From Abditibacterium sp. (lineage in GTDB: Bacteria > Armatimonadota > Abditibacteriia > Abditibacteriales > Abditibacteriaceae), in contig CBDASK010000003.1 of the NCBI GenBank assembly GCA_965199495.1, forward strand, positions 2,592,001-2,656,000: a stretch of DNA of 64,000 bases, in the 5' to 3' direction. Below are positions 9,380 to 19,426 of this stretch, piece after piece (the first letter of the stretch is position 1; each line of letters opens with the position of its first letter). The translations under genes were made by a program, and so were the position numbers. The notes beneath the pieces were generated by a model. The model made no database searches, was not told the origin of the DNA, and saw only the letters and a list, made by a program, of their open reading frames with translations.

Positions 9380-11065
9380 TTATTTCGCTGCCGTCGAAAT
9401 GCCGACATCCACATATTGACCGCCCGTCGTTTGATGACAATGCGCCGCGATGACATTGCGGCCCGGCTTGAGCAACGCCAACGTTTCGGCGTTCATCGCT
9501 AAGCGCGTGTAGGCCGAAGTCCAACGGACTAAACCAATGGCTTTTTGGCCGTTAATGTAAATCTCGACATCTTCGTCGTGATGCACCCACAAATTGGCCT
9601 GTTTGGGCACCGATTCGAGCGTGAACTCGCGGCGTATCCAGATGTCGGGGTTATCCCACAATGTGTTGGGATAACCGCCGGGCACCGCCGTTCCAAAACC
9701 CCCCGCGCCTTTTTTCCATGTCGCATCGTAGAAATCAATCGCCATCCAATTGTCGGCTGGCTCAATCGTGGTATAGCGCCAAATATCCTTCGCGTCGAAT
9801 TGCGCGGCAGTCGGCAGCAGCCACTGGCGCTTGATCGCCGCCGGGCGCAGGCCAGCTTTGACTTGTTGAATCGTGTCGCTAAACAGTTTCAATTCGGCGG
9901 GTTTATAAGGCGCAATCGTCGAGGCTTTGGGATCGTGGGCGGCGGGAAAACTGTAACCGCCTTCGGGGATCGATTCGACTGTGTATTGCGAACGATAGAG
10001 ATCGTGTTGCCACAAATCGGGCGATTTCATGCCGGGCTGGGCGCCCCAGCGCAGGTTGGTTTGCGTGCGCCCGTTGACCAAACCCCAGTGAATCGCGCCG
10101 ACGTTGTTGCGCGCCAAAACCGGCAACACATCTTCGACGGTCGAACCCGCCGAGCGGTTGAGCCACTCGCTGCAAATCATCGGGCGCCCGGCAAAGCTGA
10201 GCGTATCAATTGTATTTTGCATCGAAGCGCCGTTATCGTAATTATGAAACGTTATAATGTCGCTCCGTTCGTAGGCGAGCTGCGCCATTTTGGGCGTGCC
10301 AAAAACGTCGCAGGTGAGCGGTTGAACCGGGTCAATGGCGCGCGCCCAGTTGAAAACTTCGTTGACCAGAGGCGTTGTCACATCGCCCAAGCCGCCGTTG
10401 GTCGGCTCGTTATACAAATCCCACAGCCACACGCGTTTGTCGTTTTTGTAGCTCGAAATCATGTCGGTGACATACTTTTGCAAACGCGGCCACTGCGCCA
10501 TATCGCGCACGATGGGATGGCCGGGCGAAGGCGTCCAACCGTTGGCATACCAGCCCGGCACGACGACCGGTTGCAGCCCATAAACCGGCTGTTCGATTGG
10601 CCCGAAAACGCAATCGTCGAACAGCGCGGGCATCACGCGAATGCCGCGTTTCGACGCGACTTCGAGGAAGCGGCTGAAGTTGGCCTTGAACGCTTTGGGA
10701 TCGTGTTCCCACACCACGAACGGCAAAACCATACGCGCGCAGTTGAACCCGTCGCCCTGCGCCAGCGCCAACTCGCGGTCAATTTTGGCGGCGTCGAAGT
10801 TGTAGGGCATCCACATTTCGGTATAAGAAATCGAATGCGCCGGAATGTAATTGAAGCCGCACGGCCAATCCCCGCCCTGATACCACTGCCATGCGCGCTC
10901 GGTCGTCCAACGTTTGGCGTCGGTCGGCACGCGCTCGAATTGAGCAGCCACGTCGGGTGTGAGCGCGGTTGGAAGGTCTTGCGCCTGTGCAGTTTGGGTC
11001 GCCAACACGGCGCCGACCAACAGAGCGGCACCAGCCGCAATAAGAAATGGAGAGGTCATAGCCAA
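9380..11065 (-). CDS. Secreted clan GH-A glycoside hydrolase (GH5-like) with C-terminal sugar-binding-like domain
   Basis: Signal peptide; WDLYNEP acid/base and ICSEW nucleophile motifs; C-terminal IWIRREF...HDEDVEIYINGQ...LKPGRNVIA beta-sandwich. Confidence 0.82.
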   Translation of the reverse strand: MAMTSPFLIAAGAALLVGAVLATQTAQAQDLPTALTPDVAAQFERVPTDAKRWTTERAWQWYQGGDWPCGFNYIPAHSISYTEMWMPYNFDAAKIDRELALAQGDGFNCARMVLPFVVWEHDPKAFKANFSRFLEVASKRGIRVMPALFDDCVFGPIEQPVYGLQPVVVPGWYANGWTPSPGHPIVRDMAQWPRLQKYVTDMISSYKNDKRVWLWDLYNEPTNGGLGDVTTPLVNEVFNWARAIDPVQPLTCDVFGTPKMAQLAYERSDIITFHNYDNGASMQNTIDTLSFAGRPMICSEWLNRSAGSTVEDVLPVLARNNVGAIHWGLVNGRTQTNLRWGAQPGMKSPDLWQHDLYRSQYTVESIPEGGYSFPAAHDPKASTIAPYKPAELKLFSDTIQQVKAGLRPAAIKRQWLLPTAAQFDAKDIWRYTTIEPADNWMAIDFYDATWKKGAGGFGTAVPGGYPNTLWDNPDIWIRREFTLESVPKQANLWVHHDEDVEIYINGQKAIGLVRWTSAYTRLAMNAETLALLKPGRNVIAAHCHQTTGGQYVDVGISTAAK

Positions 11066-11188
11066 ATTAAATGATGGAGAGAATCAGTCTATTCGGACAT
11101 TGGATTTTTAACGAAATCTCGAATCCCGAAATATCAACGGCGCGACCAAATTTTCGTTGGGCCGCGCCGCTTTCGTTTGTTTTCAATT

Positions 11189-13363
11189 TTACTTTCGATT
11201 CGCCAAAAACCGCTCCGCCGTGCGCAGACTTAGCGCCATAATCGTCAAAGCCGGATTCACATCGAGCGCCGTCGGGAACGTCGAGTTGTCCGAGATATAT
11301 AAGTTCGGCACGTCGTGGCTGCGACCGTCGGGATTGACCACGCTTTTTGAAGCGTCGGTGCCCATCATCGCCGTGCCGATGACGTGGGCGTGACGCTGGA
11401 AATGCCACATATTTTGGGCGCCCGCCGCCTCGAAAATTTGCGTCATCGTTTTTAGCGCGTGCGCGTCCATCGCGTTTTCGTTGTCGCCAACAGTAAACGT
11501 CAGCTTCGGTTTGCGCACGCCGCGCGCGTCCAACTCGTCCGAAAGTTCGAGATGGTTGTGTTCGTAGGGCAAACACTCGCCCAGAATGTTGATACCCGCG
11601 ACGTGATTGTATTGGCTCAGATGATTGCGCATTTCGGCACCGAATTTTTGCTGGCCGCGCGCGTATTGGCTGGCATAGGTCACCGGCATCACGCCGATGG
11701 ATTGAATTAAGTAGCCACCGGCGAAGTCCACGCCTTTCATGCGGTGCGTGTCCTGCGAAATCAGCGCGCCCGGAATGCCTTTGAAAGGCCGCACTTCGTC
11801 CTCGAAAGTCGCCCACAGCTGCATACCGGGATGCGCCATGAAGTTCTTGCCGACCTGCCCGCTACCGTTCGCCAAATCATTGAGCAACAGCAAACGCGGC
11901 GTCTCGATGGAGCCAGCGCACAAAAACAGGTTTTTACATTTCTGGCGTTTTTCTTCGCCATTTTCTTGATAAACGACGCCGGTGATGATGCCGTCTTTTT
12001 TCTCGATAGCTGCGACGTAACAGTTGGGTCGAATTTCGGCGCCGTGCTGCAAGGCGAGCGGAATATAAGTCACATCAACCGACGATTTGGCGCCGGTCGA
12101 ACAACCGGCCTGACAGAAACCGCGATTGGAACAGGCCGCGCGCCAACCTACGCCCTCGACATAATAAGGCGCCGACAGCGCGGCGTTAGGCGCCGGGCTG
12201 CTTTTGAGACCGATGGCGTCGCAGCCTTTTTTCATGATTTGCCCGGCGGCGTTGACCGGCAATGGCGACAGGGGATAACCTTTAGCGCGCGGCGGCCCCC
12301 ACGGATAAGGCGATGGGCCGGAAACGCCGATAAACCATTCGACTTCGCTGAGATAGGGTTCGAGTTCGCTGTATTTTATCGGCCAATCGTTGCCAACGCC
12401 GAAATCGGTGCGGAGCGTAAAATCGTCGGGAAACGGGCGCGGCGTGTAGGCCGTGTAATGCAAAGTCGAGCCGCCAACGCCGATGCCGGAGTTATTGGCC
12501 CCAAACGCGACGGCGTTTTTGCCCCCCGACAAGCGTTCGTCGAGCCAGAACAGAAAGTTCTGCGCGCGCTCGTCGGTCGCGAAATCGCGCGGATCGTGCC
12601 ACTGCCCCGCTTCCAGAGCCACGCATTTCAAACCGGCTTTGGCCAAACGCGCGAGCAATGGCCCACCGCCCGCGCCCAACCCGATGATCAAAGCATCCAC
12701 TTCTTCTTCGTTATCAAATCGCTGCATCGGCGCCTTAACCACGCCGCCGGGCGCGAAGTTTTTCCAATCGGTTTCGCCGAAATCGAGCGATTCCGATGGT
12801 TCTGGTTCGAGGAAAATCACGCCGTTTGAATCCGGTTCGCGCGCCTGTTTTTCATTGAGTTTGATTTGCGACCAACCCGGCTTATCGGCGAAACCAGCAT
12901 ATTTCGCGTCGGCTTGTGTGGCGGGCTGCCCCATGTAAATCTCGGCGACTTCAGCCATCAAATCGCCGAAAAACCGTTTGGCGGCCCAACCTTCGGGCAA
13001 CGTTTCCAGTTCGCCCACGCGCGCTTTTTTCAAAAGTTCATCGCGCGCATCATCGTCGGCGTTTTCCCAACCGGCGTCGCGTAACGCGCCGATAAAGAGA
13101 CGAATCGCCGCGCCATCTTCGGGTAATTCGGCGAAGCGCCAGCCGTTGCCTTTGCCATTGGCCAAACGTGTGTCAATCTCGGACGCGATGAGCGCGCCGA
13201 ATTTCGGGTCGCCCAGACGTTCGCAAATTTGCTGGAATAACGGAAAATCTGGGCCAAAAAATTGCGCGGGTTGCGGCGTCTGCGCCTCGCGTTTTTCGAT
13301 GGCCACGCGCGTCGGCGCCGCCGTGGCTGTTGATCGGAGCAGTTCGTCGAAATAGTTGGACAT
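11189..13363 (-). CDS. GMC-family flavoprotein oxidoreductase with N-terminal gluconate-2-dehydrogenase-subunit-3-like region
   Basis: IIGLGAGG, VGGSTLHY, HVIGTAMMG and NPALTIMAL. Start taken at ATG 13363 because the upstream ORF extension lies in a repeat. Confidence 0.88.
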   Translation of the reverse strand: MSNYFDELLRSTATAAPTRVAIEKREAQTPQPAQFFGPDFPLFQQICERLGDPKFGALIASEIDTRLANGKGNGWRFAELPEDGAAIRLFIGALRDAGWENADDDARDELLKKARVGELETLPEGWAAKRFFGDLMAEVAEIYMGQPATQADAKYAGFADKPGWSQIKLNEKQAREPDSNGVIFLEPEPSESLDFGETDWKNFAPGGVVKAPMQRFDNEEEVDALIIGLGAGGGPLLARLAKAGLKCVALEAGQWHDPRDFATDERAQNFLFWLDERLSGGKNAVAFGANNSGIGVGGSTLHYTAYTPRPFPDDFTLRTDFGVGNDWPIKYSELEPYLSEVEWFIGVSGPSPYPWGPPRAKGYPLSPLPVNAAGQIMKKGCDAIGLKSSPAPNAALSAPYYVEGVGWRAACSNRGFCQAGCSTGAKSSVDVTYIPLALQHGAEIRPNCYVAAIEKKDGIITGVVYQENGEEKRQKCKNLFLCAGSIETPRLLLLNDLANGSGQVGKNFMAHPGMQLWATFEDEVRPFKGIPGALISQDTHRMKGVDFAGGYLIQSIGVMPVTYASQYARGQQKFGAEMRNHLSQYNHVAGINILGECLPYEHNHLELSDELDARGVRKPKLTFTVGDNENAMDAHALKTMTQIFEAAGAQNMWHFQRHAHVIGTAMMGTDASKSVVNPDGRSHDVPNLYISDNSTFPTALDVNPALTIMALSLRTAERFLANRK

Positions 13364-13388
13364 TGGAGAAAAGTTTAGCCAGACAAAC

Positions 13389-13510
13389 GTAGAGACACCG
13401 ACCGGGTGCCCCCTGGGCGGATGTCTAAAATGTCCAAGCTCTCGCAAAATTAGCGAGTTTCATTTACGTTTTAGACATCCGCCCAGGGGGCACCCGGTCG
13501 GTGTCTCTAC
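13389..13510. repeat. GTAG-REP doublet (REPIN-like), family A, long-arm copy
   Basis: GTAGAGACACCGACCGGGTGCCCCCTGGGCGGATGTCTAAAA and its exact reverse complement. Confidence 0.9.
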
Positions 13511-13530
13511 ATTAAGAACACATCGGAGAT

Positions 13531-14397
13531 TTAGCCGTCGCTCGACATTTTGCCGCCGGTCACATCCACCAGCGCGCCCGTCATGAAACTGCCGTCGCTC
13601 GATGCTAATAAAACGAAAGCGGGCGCCAACTCTTCGGGTTGACCGGGCCGAGCGAGCGCGACTTCGTGACCGAAGTTTTTCACTTCGTCTTTGGGCATCG
13701 TGCCGGGAATGTTGGGCGTCCAGACCGGGCCGGGCACAACGGCGTTGACGCGGATGTTCTTTGGGCCGAGTTGCAAAGCCAGCGCGCGCGTGAAAGCGTG
13801 GATGCCGCCCTTCGTGGTGCAGTAATCCACCAAAATTTCGTTGCCGGTTTTTCCGACAATCGAACCGGTATTAACAATGCAATCGCCGTCTTTTAAATGT
13901 TTGAGCGCGGCTTGCGTCATCCAGAACATGCCGAAAATGTTGGTTTCGACCGTGCGGCGCAAATCTGCTTCGGGCGCATCGGCGAAGTTTTCGTGCGTCG
14001 CCTGAAACGCCGCGTTATTCACCAAAATATTTAAGCTGCCAAACGCTTCAACCGTATGCTCGACGGCGTTTTGGCAATCGCGCGGCACGCGAATATCGGT
14101 TTTAATCACCAGACACTCGCCACCTTTATCTTCGCACATTTGCTTGGTTTTTTCGGCGTCTTCCGTGTTTTCGTTGTAAACGATGGCGACGCGCGCGCCT
14201 TCCATCGAGAACGCAACAGCCACGGCGCGCCCGATGCCCGAATCGGCGCCCGTAATCAAAGCGACTTTGCCTTCGAGTTTGCCCGCCGCCTTATAATTCG
14301 ATAAATCGGAATCGGGTTGCAATTTCATATCGGCCTGCGAGGCCGGGTAGGGCAACTGCTCGCCCGGAATTTCTTTGGATGTCGGATAATCGCTCAT
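13531..14397 (-). CDS. SDR oxidoreductase (YghA/YdaD general-stress type)
   Basis: TGADSGIGRA, NNAA, YCTTK and PGPVWTP motifs. Confidence 0.92.
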   Translation of the reverse strand: MSDYPTSKEIPGEQLPYPASQADMKLQPDSDLSNYKAAGKLEGKVALITGADSGIGRAVAVAFSMEGARVAIVYNENTEDAEKTKQMCEDKGGECLVIKTDIRVPRDCQNAVEHTVEAFGSLNILVNNAAFQATHENFADAPEADLRRTVETNIFGMFWMTQAALKHLKDGDCIVNTGSIVGKTGNEILVDYCTTKGGIHAFTRALALQLGPKNIRVNAVVPGPVWTPNIPGTMPKDEVKNFGHEVALARPGQPEELAPAFVLLASSDGSFMTGALVDVTGGKMSSDG

Positions 14398-14433
14398 AGC
14401 GCGCACCAAACAGGCAACGCGCGTGCCCAAAAG

Positions 14434-14470
14434 CACAAAAGTATCCCGCAGAGAGCGGGATACTTTTGTG
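14434..14470. terminator. Probable intrinsic terminator
   Basis: CACAAAAGTATCCCGC-AGAGA-GCGGGATACTTTTGTG. Confidence 0.7.
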
Positions 14471-14491
14471 ATTTATGGAGTGTTCAACGAA

Positions 14492-15274
14492 CTATGATTT
14501 GTTGACCTTCTCCGTCCAGGCATTCAAATTCGCCATAAGAGCAGCGTAATTGCCGCGATTAGACGCGAGGCCGGGCACGTCATTGACCTCTTCAATATTC
14601 CACATATTGACAGGTGTGCCCGTTGCAGAAGGTTTTAGCGCCTTGACGTGGCCATCGGAAAAAAGAAAGTTACACGTCTGCAAATGGCCTGGGAAGGCAA
14701 AAAACTGAGTGAAGGTGGCGGGGTCATAGTTAAGGCCCATCTCGGAGAATCTGTAAATGCTTTCGCAGACCAATACCGTTTGAGCCGTATCGCCGATGGC
14801 AGCCAACGAGGAACTTCTTCCATACTCCGTGGGCGCACTGCCCCCGATATTGTAATCGGTGCCGTTGATGGCGTAAGAGCTTTTAAATCGCGGCGAGCCT
14901 GTGGGCAGAACGGCCATTTTCGCGTTGCTGCTGTCATCGGCATATCCATCCTGTTCGTAGGGAGTTGTGTTCGAGGGACAACTATAAAGTTGCGAACTCT
15001 TAACGTAGGGGTAAGTCGTGCGGCGCCACGTCATAGCGGCCCCAATATCGTCAGCGGTGTTATAGCGACGCAAAGGCATTTTCTCGTCGTAATCCTGCGT
15101 GTATTGCATTACTCCTAAACCAATCTGCTTGAGATTGCTCTGGCACGACGAACGACGGGCGTTTTCGCGGGCACGCGCAAAAACGGGAAACAGAATCGCT
15201 GCAAGAATGGCGATGATGGCAATCACAACGAGAAGCTCGATTAACGTGAAGGCTTGAAACTTATGATTTTTCAT
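14492..15274 (-). CDS. DUF1559 prepilin-type N-terminal cleavage/methylation protein (H-X9-DG)
   Basis: [25 protein letters not shown]...[28 protein letters not shown]. Confidence 0.93.
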   Translation of the reverse strand: MKNHKFQAFTLIELLVVIAIIAILAAILFPVFARARENARRSSCQSNLKQIGLGVMQYTQDYDEKMPLRRYNTADDIGAAMTWRRTTYPYVKSSQLYSCPSNTTPYEQDGYADDSSNAKMAVLPTGSPRFKSSYAINGTDYNIGGSAPTEYGRSSSLAAIGDTAQTVLVCESIYRFSEMGLNYDPATFTQFFAFPGHLQTCNFLFSDGHVKALKPSATGTPVNMWNIEEVNDVPGLASNRGNYAALMANLNAWTEKVNKS

Positions 15275-15467
15275 GATGAATCCGAATTCGGCGGGAGACA
15301 TATATTAAATAGAGGTACCCGCGAACTCCTAATTCATTATAAAGTCTCTGGCCCAAGGATGTGTTACCTCTATATTACGTGGAAGTAAAGGTTTTTATTT
15401 TGAAGAAAATAAAAGAAATAAAATAGTTTGTGTCAATTTAAACTCAGAAAAATAAGAGTTGGATAAT

Positions 15468-16244
15468 TCAGTCTGCTATATCCGTGCGACACCACAATTC
15501 CAGATGTGCGCTCGCGTCGCCGCGAAACGAGCCGACGTGCGGCGCTAAATCGTAGAAATCGCGACCTACACCGATGGCGACGCAACCGGGCGAAGGCGCG
15601 CGGCCATGCGTTGGGTCGAAGGCGTGCCATTGTCTGTCAGCCAGAACTTCGGCCCACGCGTGCAGTTGGCCCTCGGCGGGATTGTAACCGGCGACGTAGC
15701 GCGCGGCCAAACCGCTTGAGCGACAGAGCGAAAGGAAGATATGCGCGAAATCGGCGCACGAACCGACGCGACGCAGCCACGCCGTGGCTGCATTGGGCGG
15801 ACGAGCGTCGGCGCGCGCGCGATAAATCAATTCGTCGTGGCAAAACGCGCAAAAATAAGCCGCGCGTTCGAGCGGCGCCAGAGTGCGTTGCGCGCGCCCC
15901 AGCGTTTGCAGTTCGGCGCCAAAACCCACGGCGCGCGAGGGCAATTTGAATTGGCCCAACCGTTCGTCTTCGCGCCACGCAAGCGGAAGTTGCGCGGTTT
16001 GCGTTTCCAGATTTAGCTCGAATTCAAACGCGCGCTCGATACTTTGATGGCGCAATATCAAACGGCGATTGCCCCATTCGTCGAAATTTTCGACGGCGCT
16101 TTCGGCGCGCGGCGAGACTTGCCAGTTTTCGCTGACTACGGATTGTCCGGCGCGCGCCAGCGGCAAGACGCGCAGCATCCGCCGCGCCTCGCGAACGGGC
16201 GCGTCGTAAGTCACGCGAAGGCGGAGTTGGGTGCGCGAAAGCAT
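15468..16244 (-). CDS. Transglutaminase-like family protein
   Basis: GSCADFAH, ARYVAGY, HAWAEV, FDPT and GRDFYD motifs. Confidence 0.9.
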   Translation of the reverse strand: MLSRTQLRLRVTYDAPVREARRMLRVLPLARAGQSVVSENWQVSPRAESAVENFDEWGNRRLILRHQSIERAFEFELNLETQTAQLPLAWREDERLGQFKLPSRAVGFGAELQTLGRAQRTLAPLERAAYFCAFCHDELIYRARADARPPNAATAWLRRVGSCADFAHIFLSLCRSSGLAARYVAGYNPAEGQLHAWAEVLADRQWHAFDPTHGRAPSPGCVAIGVGRDFYDLAPHVGSFRGDASAHLELWCRTDIAD

Positions 16245-16260
16245 GGGGCCAGCGGTCTTT

Positions 16261-16381
16261 GTAGAGACACCGACCGGGTGCCCCCTGGGCGGATGTCTAA
16301 AACGTCGAAGCTCTCGCGAACTCAGCAAGTTCATTTACGTTTTAGACATCCGCCCAGGGGGCACCCGGTCGGTGTCTCTAC
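16261..16381. repeat. GTAG-REP doublet (REPIN-like), family A, long-arm copy
   Basis: Arms identical to 13389-13510; the spacer is related but diverged. Confidence 0.9.
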
Positions 16382-17823
16382 AAACGGCTCACTCCCATCC
16401 GTCGCAACACCCGGTCGCGGCCCAAAAATTCGAGCAATTCCCACAACGACGGCCCAACTGTTTGGCCCGAAACCAACATGCGCGTCGGATGAACCAACTG
16501 CGCGACTTTGACTTCTTCTTCGTCGGCCAATTCGCGGATGGCGCCCTCAAGAGCAGCCACGTCCCAGTTCTCCAACCTTTCAAAGCGCGCGCGCAAGCGG
16601 GTTTCGCGCTCCAAATTTTCTGGCGTCAGATGTTTGGCGCCTTTCTCGTCTTGGGCAAACTCGTCGGAGAAAAAATAAGTTGCGTTGCGCGCGATGTCGC
16701 CAATCGCGTGAATGCGTTGGCGCGCCATGTCGAGCGCGCCCAAGGCATAATCTTCGTTTTCGCTCAGCGCGCTTTCCAATTGCGGCAAATACGGTTTTGC
16801 GAGGTTCGCGAACTCTGCGATTGGCAGCGACTTGAGATAAGCCACGTTGATCCAGTCGAGTTTGTCGCGGTCGAAAATCGCGCCCGCCTTATTCACGCCT
16901 TCCAAAGTAAACGCGCTGATAAGTTCGGAGCGGCTGAAAAACTCCTGCGTTTCGCCGCCGCCGGGATTCCAGCCCAAAAGCGCCAACGCGTTAAACATCG
17001 CGTCGGGATAGATGCCCAAATCCTCGAAATCCAAAAGAGAAACCGTGTCAGCGTTGCGCTTGCTGAGTTTTTTGCGATCTTTGCCCAGCAAAAACGGCAG
17101 ATGCGCAAACGTCGGCGGCGCCCAGCCAAACGCCTGATAAATCAACAATTGGCGCGGCGTATTCGACAAACCGTCTTCGCCGCGAATGACGTGCGAAATT
17201 TCCATCAGATGATCGTCGCACGCGCAGGCAAAATTGTAGGTTGGGCCGCCGTCGCTTTTGCAAATCACGAAATCGTCAATGTTCTCGTTCTTCCACGTAA
17301 TCGAGCCGTAAACTGCATCGTCGAACGTGGTTTCGCCATCGGGAATTTTTAATCGCAAAACGCCTTTGCGACCTTCGCGCTTGAACGCTTCGATTTGCTC
17401 TGGCGTTAAATCGCGATGCGCGCCATTATAACGCGGCGCCTGCTTGTTTTGCTGCTGCTGCTCGCGCGTGGCTGCCAATTCTTCGGGCGTCTCGAAGGCG
17501 TAATAAGCGGCGCCTTTCTCGACTAATTCCTGCGCCAAAATCGCGTAAGTCTCGAAGCGCTCCGACTGGCGATATGGCCCAAACGGCCCGCCCTGTTGCG
17601 GGCCTTCGTCGGCATACAATCCGAGCCATTCGAGCGCGTCGTAAATGACTTTTTCAAATTCGGACGTGCCGCGCGCTTGGTCGGTATCTTCGATGCGCAG
17701 CACGAAAGTGCCGCGATGGTGGCGGGCAAACAGAAAATTAAATAAAGCGGTGCGCGCCGAGCCGACGTGGAACAAACCGGTCGGCGAAGGCGCCATGCGC
17801 ACGCGAATGGGAGCAGGTTTCAT
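16378..17823 (-). CDS. gltX: Glutamate--tRNA ligase
   Basis: APSPTGLFHVG (HIGH), LRIEDTD and KLSKR (KMSKS) motifs. Confidence 0.97.
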   Translation of the reverse strand: MKPAPIRVRMAPSPTGLFHVGSARTALFNFLFARHHRGTFVLRIEDTDQARGTSEFEKVIYDALEWLGLYADEGPQQGGPFGPYRQSERFETYAILAQELVEKGAAYYAFETPEELAATREQQQQNKQAPRYNGAHRDLTPEQIEAFKREGRKGVLRLKIPDGETTFDDAVYGSITWKNENIDDFVICKSDGGPTYNFACACDDHLMEISHVIRGEDGLSNTPRQLLIYQAFGWAPPTFAHLPFLLGKDRKKLSKRNADTVSLLDFEDLGIYPDAMFNALALLGWNPGGGETQEFFSRSELISAFTLEGVNKAGAIFDRDKLDWINVAYLKSLPIAEFANLAKPYLPQLESALSENEDYALGALDMARQRIHAIGDIARNATYFFSDEFAQDEKGAKHLTPENLERETRLRARFERLENWDVAALEGAIRELADEEEVKVAQLVHPTRMLVSGQTVGPSLWELLEFLGRDRVLRRMGVSRL

Positions 17824-17987
17824 CGCGTGCCAGTTTACGCGGGATAGGCCAAACGCCAACGTTTTTACGGTCGGTTGAAGTTATAGAAGCCCGGACAACA
17901 GCCACGGCGACCGTGTTCCAACGCGACCAAAACGGCGGCGCTAATTTTCGCCTCGAAACCCAGTTGGCGACGACTTACGTCGGTTGA

Positions 17988-18058
17988 GCGGAGCTTGCGC
18001 TCTCTTCCAAACGGGAATTTTCCCCCGCTCCCGTGTTGGAAGAGAGCGCAAGCTCCGC
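17988..18058. repeat. Intergenic inverted repeat (TTGGAAGAG type)
   Basis: GCGGAGCTTGCGCTCTCTTCCAA...TTGGAAGAGAGCGCAAGCTCCGC, perfect 23-nt arms. Confidence 0.8.
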
Positions 18059-18133
18059 CAATTCCGCCACCTAATTGGATAGGTTTTCAAGCGCTAATTT
18101 GGGCGCGAATCCCAAGTTTTAGCCTGTGACATA

Positions 18134-18174
18134 AAAAACCGCGATTCGCCATGACAGGCGAATCGCGGTTTTAT
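18134..18174 (-). terminator. Probable intrinsic terminator
   Basis: AAAACCGCGATTCGCC-ATGACA-GGCGAATCGCGGTTTT, downstream of the 18205 gene. Confidence 0.75.
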
Positions 18175-18204
18175 TTACGCGTCACCGCGCAGACGGCGCA
18201 TTTT

Positions 18205-19410
18205 CTAAGCGCCCGCCGCGACTTGTTCAAAGAACGCGGGAAACGGATTGGCGGCTTTGCCTTCGAGGTAGGCCAAAAACTGATTGGAGCGCACCACGCT
18301 GTCGTCTTTGGCTTTGAAGACGCGCGAGATTTGTTGCGGCCCATCGAGCGCGGTGACATCGCTCATCAACAACTGCTGCGCGCGCTTCATCGCTGGCTCC
18401 CATTCCTGCGTCGCGATTTCCAGCGTAATCAGAGTGGGCACGCGGCCTCGCCACGGCCCGGCCTGTTCGACTTTGCGAATTTCAGTTAAATCGCTGCGAA
18501 CCGGCGAATCGGCGGCAAAGGTCGGGAACTTGACCGCGCTCAGCAAGTTATCGGGCGCGGCCTCGCCCTCTTTGGGCGCGAGCTGGGCGCGCGTGAACGC
18601 CATAACTTTGGGGAATTCGCCCTGCGCGAGCCAGATGCTGTTCAGGCTGGCGGTCGCGCGTCCGATGGCTTCCTTATCATAGGGCGTTTCGGCCCAGAAC
18701 AGTTTGCCCCATTGCAGCGCGCGGTCGAACTGCTTGGCTTCGACGAGTTTGGCGACCAACCGTTCATACATCCAGCCCTGATGCCAGTCGAGCGCGCGCT
18801 GATTTTGCGGATCAAGAAACACCGGCATATCGTTCATCGTGTTTTCCAACAATGAGATGGTCTCTTGTGGCGTGGCTTTGTTGGCATCGAGCGCGTTGGC
18901 CCAATCGTTGAGCGTGCGCGAGGCGAACATTTGCAGGTGAGTATCATCACTGCGCGCGCCATCCACGATCATGGGACGGTTGGCCTTCAAAAGCGCGATG
19001 GCTTCGTCAATTTTGCTTTGACGCACCAGAAACGCGACTTTGCCGTCGAGATACATCACTTCGACCGGCCTTTTCGGGTCGTGAGCGGCGCGCACGCCAT
19101 CCATAGCCGCGTCCAACATTTTGAGCGCTTCGTCCGGTTTTTTGAGTTGAACGTCGGTGATCTGCGCGACCTGAAGCACGACTTCGGCGGCGACGTTGGG
19201 TTCGAGCTTGCGGCTGGTATAAAACGTCTGCAATTGCTCGATGGCCTGCGCGGGTTGATTGCGAAAAGTCTCGTCGCCGATCTGTTTGCGCACCTCAGTC
19301 AAATCATCCCAATCATTGGCCGCCCGCGCGGGCAAAGTGCCACCAACTAACAAAGCCACCGCTAACATCGCGGGCCACAGGCCACGCTTTTTGTGTTGAA
19401 TAATTTTCAT
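18205..19410 (-). CDS. Hypothetical exported all-helical (TPR-like) protein
   Basis: Signal peptide after MKIIQHKK; helical-repeat pattern (KPDEALKML, KIDEAIALL, QFDRALQW). The ORF extension to 19608 lies within a repeat. Confidence 0.7.
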   Translation of the reverse strand: MKIIQHKKRGLWPAMLAVALLVGGTLPARAANDWDDLTEVRKQIGDETFRNQPAQAIEQLQTFYTSRKLEPNVAAEVVLQVAQITDVQLKKPDEALKMLDAAMDGVRAAHDPKRPVEVMYLDGKVAFLVRQSKIDEAIALLKANRPMIVDGARSDDTHLQMFASRTLNDWANALDANKATPQETISLLENTMNDMPVFLDPQNQRALDWHQGWMYERLVAKLVEAKQFDRALQWGKLFWAETPYDKEAIGRATASLNSIWLAQGEFPKVMAFTRAQLAPKEGEAAPDNLLSAVKFPTFAADSPVRSDLTEIRKVEQAGPWRGRVPTLITLEIATQEWEPAMKRAQQLLMSDVTALDGPQQISRVFKAKDDSVVRSNQFLAYLEGKAANPFPAFFEQVAAGA

Positions 19411-19426
19411 TTTTTTGTCTTTCCTA

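Noticed and set aside
9545..11074. 509-aa ORF antisense to the glycoside hydrolase
   Set aside because: Antisense shadow; the minus-strand protein has a signal peptide and catalytic motifs.
13364..13447. Shared N-terminal peptide FRHPPRGHPVGVST in ORFs 11189-13447 and 15468-16334
   Set aside because: This is translation of the family A repeat; the true starts are downstream (13363 and 16244).
17824..18133. Possible T-box or ncRNA leader upstream of gltX
   Set aside because: No T-box consensus or other recognisable RNA motif seen; only a repeat hairpin.
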